Shown here: positions 1 through 7,864 of the stretch, one piece after another
Position numbering within the stretch: position 1 is the stretch's first letter
Layout of the letters: each line of letters opens with the position of its first letter
Assembly (NCBI GenBank): GCA_035291665.1
Contig: DATDRP010000006.1
Location: 145,255-209,254 of the forward strand
DNA length: 64,000 nucleotides
Direction of reading: 5' to 3'
Source of the DNA: Patescibacteria group bacterium
Lineage (GTDB): Bacteria > Patescibacteriota > Microgenomatia > UBA8517
The notes under the pieces: model-generated
Database searches by the model: none
Told to the model about the DNA's origin: nothing
What the model saw: the letters and a program-made list of their open reading frames with translations, nothing else
Translations under genes and position numbers: made by a program

Positions 1-654
1 AAAATTGCTGAAGAATGCGGTGTGTACAATCTCTCACTGGATTTGATCAAACTGATCGGGCGTTACAGATTCAGAACCTCATACGGTCAAAATCTCGGAA
101 TCCATACAATAGAAGAAACAAAAATCGGGGTTGCAGTTGCCCAGGAGCTCGGTGCTAATGTGGATATTGTACGTTTGGGATGTTTACTCCACGATATCGG
201 TAAAGTTGTAACCGACGAAGAAGGAACTCATGTTCAGGCCGGTGTTGCGGCACTAAAGAAATACGGCCTTCCGAAAGAAGTAATCGCAACGGTTGCCGAA
301 CATCATGAAGATAAACCTTTTTCATCAACAGAATCGGTAATTGTTTGGATTGCAGATGCCGTATCCGGATCGCGTCCGGGAGCAAGGTACGAACCGCACG
401 AAGACTATGTTCAGAGAATGGATAAAATTGAAGACCTGGCAACCGGATTTGAGGGTGTTGATGTTGCATACGCTTTTCAGGCCGGTAGGGATGTTCGCGT
501 AATTGTCAAACCTGATGAAATTGACGATGACAAGCTGGTTGTCCTTGCCCATGATATTGCGAAAAAACTTGAAAATGAGGCAGAATATGTCGGGCAGATA
601 AAAGTTACCGTTATCCGGGAAACCAGAGCCACAGAAACCACTTCAGCGAGATAA
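1..654 (+). CDS. rny: Ribonuclease Y, C-terminal part (5' end outside window)
   Basis: Frame is open from base 1. HD-domain motifs LLHDIGK and AEHHED are present, and the C-terminal IKVTVIRETRA tail is typical of RNase Y. Confidence 0.85.
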   Translation, partial: KIAEECGVYNLSLDLIKLIGRYRFRTSYGQNLGIHTIEETKIGVAVAQELGANVDIVRLGCLLHDIGKVVTDEEGTHVQAGVAALKKYGLPKEVIATVAEHHEDKPFSSTESVIVWIADAVSGSRPGARYEPHEDYVQRMDKIEDLATGFEGVDVAYAFQAGRDVRVIVKPDEIDDDKLVVLAHDIAKKLENEAEYVGQIKVTVIRETRATETTSAR

Positions 655-660
655 AATATC

Positions 661-778
661 AGTACAAAGAGAATAGTGAAAAGAAATAAGCAATAAAAAT
701 AGGCAATAAGTTGTGGGATGTGAGTAGTGGGAATTGAGTCTTAAGTATTAAGTTTTAAGTAGTTAGTATTGATATATT
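661..778 (-). repeat. Intergenic mosaic element, inverted copy (C-depleted on + strand)
   Basis: Only 4 C in 118 nt (665, 691, 704, 740). 713-733 is the exact reverse complement of 53106-53126 (21-mer TTCCCACTACTCACATCCCAC). Confidence 0.8.
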
Positions 779-874
779 CCTAATAACTTAATATCGAGTC
801 TCTTATATCCTGCAATCACTTTTTACCATATCCTTGACATTTTTTATTTAATGTATTATCTTTTTGCTCAAGGT

Positions 875-1153
875 ATGACAAAAAAGGATCTTGTTGAAAT
901 CGTTGCACGGAAAGCCCACATGACTTCGAAAGCTGCTGAAGAAGCAATTGATGTATTTCTTGATGAAATCGGAAGATCACTTGGTAAAGGTGTAAAAAGA
1001 GTTGTGCTATCCGGTTTTGGAGTATTTAGGGTAACTTGGATGCAGGGGAAAACGGTTAAGATCCCAAACTCTGAAAAAACAGTATCAATAAAAAGACACC
1101 GGCTTCCACGATTTACTCCGGGCAGCAGGTTTAAAAAACAAGTCCAAAGATAG
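875..1153 (+). CDS. hup: HU/IHF-family DNA-binding protein
   Basis: MTKKDLVEIVA...AAEEAIDVFLDEI...GFGVFRV...RLPRFTPGSRFK matches the HU fold pattern. The ATG at 875 is preferred over the ORF-track start at 851. Confidence 0.8.
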   Translation: MTKKDLVEIVARKAHMTSKAAEEAIDVFLDEIGRSLGKGVKRVVLSGFGVFRVTWMQGKTVKIPNSEKTVSIKRHRLPRFTPGSRFKKQVQR

Positions 1154-1160
1154 ATAAAAG

Positions 1161-1186
1161 AGATATTAAGATATTAGGATATTAAG
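1161..1186 (-). repeat. CTTAATATC-type 26-nt repeat (partner at 11428-11453)
   Basis: The reverse complement CTTAATATCCTAATATCTTAATATCT matches 11428-11453 at 24 of 26 positions. Confidence 0.65.
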
Positions 1187-1230
1187 TGACAGGAAGCAGA
1201 CTTCACTAAATACATTTAATTTTGAAATAA

Positions 1231-2196
1231 ATGAACAGTAAACTTCTGGTGATATGCGGAGCTACCGCAACGGGAAAAACTGAACTCGGATTGAAACTGG
1301 CAAAGAAATTTAATGGTGAAATTGTTTCTGCCGATTCGCGGCAGGTGTATAAACATATGGACATTGGTACAGGTAAAGACATACCGGACAACTTCAAGAG
1401 ACAAAAGTCAGAAATAATATTTAACAATAAATATGTGAATTATTTTACCGATGGCATTATTCGGCTATGGGGTTATGATTTGGCGGACACAAAAGAAGAA
1501 TTCAGTATTAGTCAATATGAAAAAGTTGGTCGGATGATTGTCAACGACATCTTCAAAAGGAATAAATTACCGATTATTATCGGCGGGTCGGGACTGTACA
1601 TTAAATCGCTGGTTGATCATATCGATACACTAAACATCCCCCGAAATGAAATATTACGTAAAAAACTTGAACTCATGGAACCTGACGAGCTCTATTTGGT
1701 TTTGGAAGAATTAGCGCCGGGTGTAGCAAGTTCTCTGAACAATTCTGACAAAAAAAACAAAAGAAGATTGATACGGAAGATTGAAATTGCAAAAAGTAAA
1801 TACCCAGTCGAAAAAAAGTTTGAGAATTATAACCCTTTATTTATTGGTCTAAAAGTTGATAAAAATAAATTAAAGAAAAGAATTGAAAAAAGAGTTTCTA
1901 AGAGACTTGAAATAGGATTTACCGAAGAGGTAAACAAACTTAAAAAAGCTGGATTAAGTCTTAAGGATCAATCAATGCAAACACCCGGCTATCGGCAAAT
2001 GCTACTAGGATTAGATATAAAGAGCACTCAGGCTATTTGGGTGAGCGAAGAAATAAAATATTCAAAAAGACAAATGACCTGGTTTTCAAAAGACAAGAGA
2101 ATAAATTGGTTTAATCCGGTTAATAGGGAAGATTCGGAGAAGCTGGTAAATATGTTAATGAAATGGTATAAAGAAATTGATGTACAAAAAAGTTGA
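1231..2196 (+). CDS. miaA: tRNA dimethylallyltransferase
   Basis: P-loop GATATGKT and the SADSRQVYKHMDIGTGK motif. The 321-aa length is typical. Confidence 0.9.
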   Translation: MNSKLLVICGATATGKTELGLKLAKKFNGEIVSADSRQVYKHMDIGTGKDIPDNFKRQKSEIIFNNKYVNYFTDGIIRLWGYDLADTKEEFSISQYEKVGRMIVNDIFKRNKLPIIIGGSGLYIKSLVDHIDTLNIPRNEILRKKLELMEPDELYLVLEELAPGVASSLNNSDKKNKRRLIRKIEIAKSKYPVEKKFENYNPLFIGLKVDKNKLKKRIEKRVSKRLEIGFTEEVNKLKKAGLSLKDQSMQTPGYRQMLLGLDIKSTQAIWVSEEIKYSKRQMTWFSKDKRINWFNPVNREDSEKLVNMLMKWYKEIDVQKS

Positions 2197-3163
2197 AATT
2201 TCCCACAAAACTATTATTTTTACTGTCTTATTTATACTCCTTCTGTGGTTTTTGTATTATATGAGGGATATTTTGTTTCAGGTGTTTGTGGCACTGATTA
2301 TATCCGCATCGTTTAACCCTTCCGTAACAAGAATTGTACGATTAAAAATTCCAAGGTCGCTGGCTGTAGTTATTGTTTATTTCATTTTCTTAGGAATTAT
2401 TGGCTTTTCCTTATATATTCTGATCCCTACTTTGATTGATCAAAGTACTAATTTTGTAAAAAATCTACCGGTTTATTTAGCGGGTTTAGGGCTGCCGGAT
2501 GTCGTGCGTGATCGAATTCTTTCGGAACTTCTCTTACAGGTAGGTACTATTCCCAGCCAGATAGCAAAAGCAGTCGTTTCTATTTTTTCGAATGTTCTGA
2601 ACTTTGTCGCAGTTTTAATATTCTCTTTTTATTTTCTGGTTTATCGAAACAAATTAATTAGCAATCTGAGGGAATTTGAGGGGCTGAAAAACAAAAAGAA
2701 TATTATCTACGCGATAGAAAACATTGAACACAAAATTGGAAATTGGGCAAGGGGAGAGCTTGCGTTGATGTTTATTGTCGGAACTGCCACTTATATCGGA
2801 CTTTTAATGATGTCAGTCCCATATGCACTTCCATTGGGAATTTTGGCTGGTCTATTTGAAATGGTTCCTCTCATCGGGCCGTTTATCGCCGGAGCTCCGG
2901 CAGTTTTAATAGGATTTGGTACCTCTCCTGTAACCGGAGTTGCAGTTGCAGCGTTGGCATTTTTGATTCAACAGGTTGAAAATTATTTCTTGGTACCAAA
3001 AATTATGCAGAAATCGGTAGGGCTGAATCCTATTGTCACATTATTAACACTTACTGTCGGTTTCCGACTTTTCGGAATAATAGGGGCACTCATTGCAATT
3101 CCGATTGTTTTAACAATACAGGTTATTGTTGTTGAGTATATATCCTTCAAGGATAAGGAATAG
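2180..3163 (+). CDS. AI-2E (PerM/YhhT-like) family transporter
   Basis: Multi-pass membrane protein with the family's C-terminal pattern (GLFEMVPLIGPFIAGAPAVL...QQVENYFLVPKIM). ATG at 2180, overlapping the miaA end. Confidence 0.8.
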   Translation: MYKKVEISHKTIIFTVLFILLLWFLYYMRDILFQVFVALIISASFNPSVTRIVRLKIPRSLAVVIVYFIFLGIIGFSLYILIPTLIDQSTNFVKNLPVYLAGLGLPDVVRDRILSELLLQVGTIPSQIAKAVVSIFSNVLNFVAVLIFSFYFLVYRNKLISNLREFEGLKNKKNIIYAIENIEHKIGNWARGELALMFIVGTATYIGLLMMSVPYALPLGILAGLFEMVPLIGPFIAGAPAVLIGFGTSPVTGVAVAALAFLIQQVENYFLVPKIMQKSVGLNPIVTLLTLTVGFRLFGIIGALIAIPIVLTIQVIVVEYISFKDKE

Positions 3164-3194
3164 GTGTCTTTAAGTATTTATATCCTATATTATT

Positions 3195-3223
3195 TTACTT
3201 CATTTGCTTGGATTTGGTATAAT
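3195..3223 (+). promoter_or_regulatory. Putative rnpB promoter (TTACTT-17 nt-TGgTATAAT)
   Basis: Extended -10 TGGTATAAT at 3215-3223. This places the predicted transcription start about 7 nt downstream, at the first base of the P1 helix (3230). Confidence 0.45.
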
Positions 3224-3229
3224 ATACAT

Positions 3230-3746
3230 GCTTTGGAGAAGGAGTGATCGCCACGTTCAGTTAACATGAACGTGGAGGAAAGTCCAGGCAGCAGTAAGAA
3301 GGGAACGGAGCGTAAGCTCCGACTGGAAGCCAGCTTAGCTGGTGAACAGCTGGTGTCTTTGGTTTGTGAAAATAAACTAAGAACCGAATCTGAATTGACA
3401 GATTTGGAGAGTCACAGAGACGATCCTTCGGTTAAACTTGAGGAATTACGACATTAATCAGCAAGTAACTTTGCGATAGATGACTAATCCTTAGGCACAT
3501 TGAAGGGGTGAAACGCTGATAATCCCACCCGCTGCAACCTCCGACTATCCCACCCTTTTTATTTTTTATAAAGTAAAAAGACAAAGCAGCTTACCTGAAA
3601 TTTATTAGGAATGATAGAAATATCAATTCAATAAAGGCGGGATGAAGCTTGAGGGCAGTCCTGATTAATTCGGGACAACTCCGATTTAATCGGAGTTAGA
3701 CAGATGATCACTTAGAAACAGAACCTGGCTTACTATTCTCCAAAGC
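3230..3746 (+). ncRNA. rnpB: RNase P RNA (bacterial type), unusually long
   Basis: Conserved GGAGGAAAGTCCAGGC (about 3274-3289), GGGGTGAAACGCTG (about 3505) and ACAGAACCTGGCTTAC (3717-3732). The P1 helix pairs CTTTGGAGAA (3231-3240) with TTCTCCAAAG (3736-3745). Confidence 0.88.
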
Positions 3747-3752
3747 CTTAAG

Positions 3753-3780
3753 AAACCCACAAGTATTTGTGGGTTTTTTC
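3753..3780 (+). terminator. Rho-independent terminator after rnpB
   Basis: AAACCCAC - loop - GTGGGTTT stem followed by a T-run. Confidence 0.7.
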
Positions 3781-3821
3781 ATGAATAATGAATAGCAAAG
3801 TTTTCACCGAAGGAGGGGTTT

Positions 3822-3843
3822 TTACTATTCTCCAAAGCCTTAA
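3822..3843 (+). repeat. Duplicate of the rnpB 3' end (copy of 3730-3751)
   Basis: Exact 22-mer TTACTATTCTCCAAAGCCTTAA occurs at 3730-3751 and 3822-3843. Both copies are followed by AAACCC and a hairpin. Confidence 0.85.
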
Positions 3844-3870
3844 AAAACCCCGATGGAGTCGGGGTTTTTT
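3844..3870 (+). terminator. Second Rho-independent terminator
   Basis: CCCCGA - TGGAG - TCGGGG stem-loop followed by TTTTTT. Confidence 0.6.
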
Positions 3871-3900
3871 AGTTGCAAGGAAGGATGTTAAAATTAAGTT

Positions 3901-4095
3901 ATGAATACATTCTTTTTCATGATTTCAATCCTCTGTTTCATGCATGCTTTGAGAGACTATCTTCAAATGAAGGGAATTAACAACTGGTTTACAGAATTCG
4001 GACATATTTGGAAAAAACCGGAATGGGAAAAATATAGTGCAGTATTTTTTTCTATTTTGGGATTGATATTGTTATTTTTCGCAATTAGAAATTAG
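3901..4095 (+). CDS. Small hypothetical membrane protein (64 aa)
   Basis: ORF with two hydrophobic segments. No recognisable family. Confidence 0.35.
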   Translation: MNTFFFMISILCFMHALRDYLQMKGINNWFTEFGHIWKKPEWEKYSAVFFSILGLILLFFAIRN

Positions 4096-4189
4096 ATCAA
4101 TTAGTAATTTTTTAGACTCGTTTATGTAATATAATAAAAACATAGCTTTACCTTTATTTAATATATGAGGTAGAAAGTGGTGCCTGCCT

Positions 4190-5869
4190 ATGTTATTGTC
4201 GAATGACAAACTTAAGAAGATACTTGTCGGGTCCGGATATATTACGGAACCCGATTTTGATAACGCCGTACAAAGTGCCACTGACCTGGGAAAAGACGTC
4301 TCTGACATCCTGATCTTCAGAGGATTAATCAGCGAGGATGCACTGGGTAAACTAATTTCCCAGCACTTCAATATTCCATACGTTGACGTACGGAGAATGT
4401 TTATATCAACAGAAATCCTGAAGCTGATTCCTGAGAAGTTGGCCAGGGTGTATCGAATGATTCCTTTTGAACTTACGGGGAAAAAACTTAAGGTTGCAAT
4501 GGAAAACCCTGAGGATTTTGAGGGTTTGGAATTCGCAAAACGTCAAACTGGTTTTGAGGTTGAACCGTATTTTGCAAGGTCGGAAGATATTTCAAAAGCG
4601 CTTGGACAATACAAAAAGAATCTGAAAAGCGACTTTGAGAAAATTATTTCTGAAAACCTGAAAAAAGCCAGTGTCAGCGGTAATTTGGAAAAAGCGGCAG
4701 AGGATGTTCCCATTGTTAAAATTTTAAACACAATTTTTGAATATGCTGTTGCTGCTAGGGCTTCCGATATACATATTGAAACACAAACAGATGATGTTGT
4801 AGTCAGATTCAGAATAGATGGAGTTTTACGGGACATCATAAAGTTTCAGCGCGGTATTGAAGAAGCAATTATTGCCAGAATCAAGATTCTTTCTAATTTA
4901 AAAATTGACGAACATCGTATTCCTCAGGACGGAAGATATAAATTCAATATTGATGACGAAGTGGTCGCACTTCGTATTTCTATAATCCCCGGATTTGTTG
5001 GGGAAAACGTTGTCATGAGAATTCTTCGCGAGACCAACCGGCCGTTGAGTTTTGAAGAGCTGGGTATAACCGGAAAAGGCTTGAAAATTCTTAGAGATAA
5101 TACTTCAAAACCACACGGAATGATTCTTGTCACGGGTCCGACCGGATCCGGAAAAACTACGACTCTCTACTCCGTTTTGAATGTCTTAAATACAATTGAA
5201 GTTAAGATCTGTACAATTGAAGATCCGATTGAGTACGGAGTTAACCGAGTAACTCAAATTCAGGTAAATCCAAAAACAGGATTAACTTTTGCCTTAGGCC
5301 TTCGGGCTTTAATGAGACACGACCCGGATATTATTATGGTTGGAGAAATCCGCGATCAGGAAACAGCAGAAATAGCAATTCATTCTGCTTTGACGGGACA
5401 TCTGGTATTATCCACCCTGCACACAAATACGGCATCCGGCGCAGTACCCCGGCTTTTGGACATGGGTGCAGAACCGTATCTTTTGGCTTCAACTCTGAAT
5501 CTGATCGTGGCGCAAAGACTGGTTCGGAGGATTTGCCAGACATGCATTACAAAATACCAACCCGATCCGGAAATAATAAAGCGCATCGAGAAGGATCTTG
5601 GAGCAGACTATATAAAAATAAAATTTTATAAAGGCAAAGGTTGCGATGAGTGTAATAATAAGGGCTATTCAGGACGGGTTGGCATATATGAAATACTACC
5701 CGTTACAGAAAAACTACGGGAAGTAATTTCAAAAAAACCATCTTCCGAAATGCTTGAAGATCAGGCATTAAAGGAAGGGATGGTTTCAATGCTTCAGGAC
5801 GGAGTTGATAAGGTTTCAGCAGGACAAACGACTATTGAAGAAGTCTTTAGAGTAGCAAGCGAAGATTAA
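4190..5869 (+). CDS. pilB: Type IV pilus assembly ATPase (GspE/PilB family)
   Basis: N-terminal T2SSE_N-like domain, Walker A GPTGSGKTTTLY, Walker B IIMVGEIRD, His box GHLVLSTLHTN, and the tetracysteine CQTC...CDEC. Confidence 0.9.
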   Translation: MLLSNDKLKKILVGSGYITEPDFDNAVQSATDLGKDVSDILIFRGLISEDALGKLISQHFNIPYVDVRRMFISTEILKLIPEKLARVYRMIPFELTGKKLKVAMENPEDFEGLEFAKRQTGFEVEPYFARSEDISKALGQYKKNLKSDFEKIISENLKKASVSGNLEKAAEDVPIVKILNTIFEYAVAARASDIHIETQTDDVVVRFRIDGVLRDIIKFQRGIEEAIIARIKILSNLKIDEHRIPQDGRYKFNIDDEVVALRISIIPGFVGENVVMRILRETNRPLSFEELGITGKGLKILRDNTSKPHGMILVTGPTGSGKTTTLYSVLNVLNTIEVKICTIEDPIEYGVNRVTQIQVNPKTGLTFALGLRALMRHDPDIIMVGEIRDQETAEIAIHSALTGHLVLSTLHTNTASGAVPRLLDMGAEPYLLASTLNLIVAQRLVRRICQTCITKYQPDPEIIKRIEKDLGADYIKIKFYKGKGCDECNNKGYSGRVGIYEILPVTEKLREVISKKPSSEMLEDQALKEGMVSMLQDGVDKVSAGQTTIEEVFRVASED

Positions 5870-5877
5870 AAAAGCTT

Positions 5878-7086
5878 ATGCCCTTATTTACATACAAAGT
5901 TAAAAATAAAAAAGGAGAATTAATTGAAGATGTCATTCAAGCTGCGGACAGTAAGGATGTCCAGTCTAACCTTCAAGCTGAAGGTTATCAGATTTTGACC
6001 ATCAGAAGGTTGGACTCAAAATTAAGCAGCCTCTCAGCAGGTGGAATTTCAATTTCAGAAAAAGCCGCCTTTTGCAGATTTTTGGCAACCATGTTGCGGG
6101 CGGGTCTTCCGCTTCCTGAAGCAATCGACATCATAAAAGATGATACGAAAAATCGTAAACTTAAAAAAGTACTTTTTGATATCGCATATGAAATTCGAAA
6201 AGGGAAAACCATGTCATCAGTATTGTCAAAGTATAAACGGGATTTTGACCCTGTTTTTCTGACGATGGTTAAGGCAGGAGAAGAATCAGGAACGATTGAT
6301 AAAAGCTTCGATTATCTCGCCAAACAATTATTAATGACATATGAACTAATTCAAAAAGTGAAAGGTGCGATGATGTACCCGATAGTTATAGTTGCTGCTA
6401 TGGGGGCAAATTTTGTTGTCATGCTTGTTTTTGTTTTGCCGAAACTTTCCAATGTTTTTCTTCAATTAAATGTTGAATTGCCTCCTGCCACCCGATTTGT
6501 GATGGAAACCGGCCAATTCATTGGCGACAATACGGTATTAGTTTTGGGAATTTTAATCGGTTTATTGGTTATAGGTTTTGTTCTTTTTACAGTTCAAAAG
6601 ACCCGGGATGCTATAACAGACTTTTTCATGCGCCTTCCTGCAATAAAAGATTTAATTATTCAGATTGACGTTGCCAGGTTTTCAAGAACACTTTCAACAC
6701 TTCTTCGAAGCGGAGTACCGATTATGGTCTGCCTGGAAGTTTGTGCAAATATCATGCGTCAGCCGGCACTCAAGAAACAGGCAAAACTTTTCGGTGAAAA
6801 AGTTGCTGAAGGAAAACAGCTTTCTGAAGTAATTGTAGGAGGTAGTAAAGCGTTTCCGTCAACTGTAATTCAAACAATTAAAGCAGGAGAAAAAAGCGGA
6901 AGTCTGGAAGATGTTCTGGAGGAAATGGCTGAATTTTATGAGAGGGAAGTCGATTACAATCTGAAGAAATTGACGTCTTTACTGGAACCTCTTTTGATGT
7001 TGGTTATCGGGGTAGCGGTGGGTGCGATGGTAATAATTATGATAACACCGATTTATTCTCTGGTCGGCGGGCTTGATAAGTTCTAA
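5878..7086 (+). CDS. pilC: Type IV pilus platform protein (GspF/PilC family)
   Basis: Two T2SSF-type repeats and three TM segments. The 402-aa size and the position directly after pilB fit PilC. Confidence 0.9.
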   Translation: MPLFTYKVKNKKGELIEDVIQAADSKDVQSNLQAEGYQILTIRRLDSKLSSLSAGGISISEKAAFCRFLATMLRAGLPLPEAIDIIKDDTKNRKLKKVLFDIAYEIRKGKTMSSVLSKYKRDFDPVFLTMVKAGEESGTIDKSFDYLAKQLLMTYELIQKVKGAMMYPIVIVAAMGANFVVMLVFVLPKLSNVFLQLNVELPPATRFVMETGQFIGDNTVLVLGILIGLLVIGFVLFTVQKTRDAITDFFMRLPAIKDLIIQIDVARFSRTLSTLLRSGVPIMVCLEVCANIMRQPALKKQAKLFGEKVAEGKQLSEVIVGGSKAFPSTVIQTIKAGEKSGSLEDVLEEMAEFYEREVDYNLKKLTSLLEPLLMLVIGVAVGAMVIIMITPIYSLVGGLDKF

Positions 7087-7136
7087 ACGATTCGGTTCAA
7101 AATTCAATACCCCTCCGAATATATATAAAATTTCTC

Positions 7137-7853
7137 ATGAAGGAAGAAAAAGAAATTGATATCAGAAAATTGTTAAGCAATCCGGTTTATATTGTTTTGA
7201 TTGTAATTGGTTTAATCATAATTATTTTTGTTGTTTATATATTAGTCGGAAGAAATAGGAGTCTTAATGACGCACCGATAAAAGAAGGCCAAATCATGAT
7301 TCAAAAAGGAGACGAAGTTATCACAATTAATAGCAACGGACTTGTGGAGTATAAATCGAAAGACAAAGTCTATTATGAAACCTGGGATACCTCAAGAATA
7401 TCTTCATTTTTTACGCTGATTGAAAATAAAGCCCGTGAATCTTTAAAAAATCCGGATCAGAAAAAATGCGTATATAAAATTTATCTTTTCCTTGACGGAA
7501 AACTGGTTAATTTCTGTACAGATGACGAAGAAATTGCGGATACAGTTGAGGAAATATCTAACAAATATTCGGAAGAAGATCTTAGCGGTTACTTTCAGGA
7601 CGGGGAGGGATCTGGTGGAGACGGTGATGAGGATTTTGATGGTACGATTCATTTTCCTACACCAACACCCACAATTTCATTGATCTCACCTGTCCCGACA
7701 CCGACATCAACTCAATCCTCCGGCGGATCACAAACAAATTATCCGCCAGTGAATGCCGGCTGCGATACATGGAGTGTGAGTATTGTCGGGGGAAGAGCTG
7801 TAATTTCGAATACCTACTGCACAACCCAGCCAACGGCCACCCCGACGCCCTGA
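7137..7853 (+). CDS. Hypothetical membrane-anchored protein with Pro/Thr-rich C-terminus
   Basis: N-terminal TM (VYIVLIVIGLIIIIFVVYILV), an acidic Gly-rich segment, then PTPTPT-type tracts. No family recognised. Confidence 0.6.
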   Translation: MKEEKEIDIRKLLSNPVYIVLIVIGLIIIIFVVYILVGRNRSLNDAPIKEGQIMIQKGDEVITINSNGLVEYKSKDKVYYETWDTSRISSFFTLIENKARESLKNPDQKKCVYKIYLFLDGKLVNFCTDDEEIADTVEEISNKYSEEDLSGYFQDGEGSGGDGDEDFDGTIHFPTPTPTISLISPVPTPTSTQSSGGSQTNYPPVNAGCDTWSVSIVGGRAVISNTYCTTQPTATPTP

Positions 7854-7864
7854 CGTTATTGTTC

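Noticed and set aside
3266-3457. 63-aa ORF in the six-frame track
   Set aside because: It lies entirely inside the RNase P RNA (it starts within the GGAGGAAAGTCCAGGC core). It is an artefact of translating a structured RNA gene.
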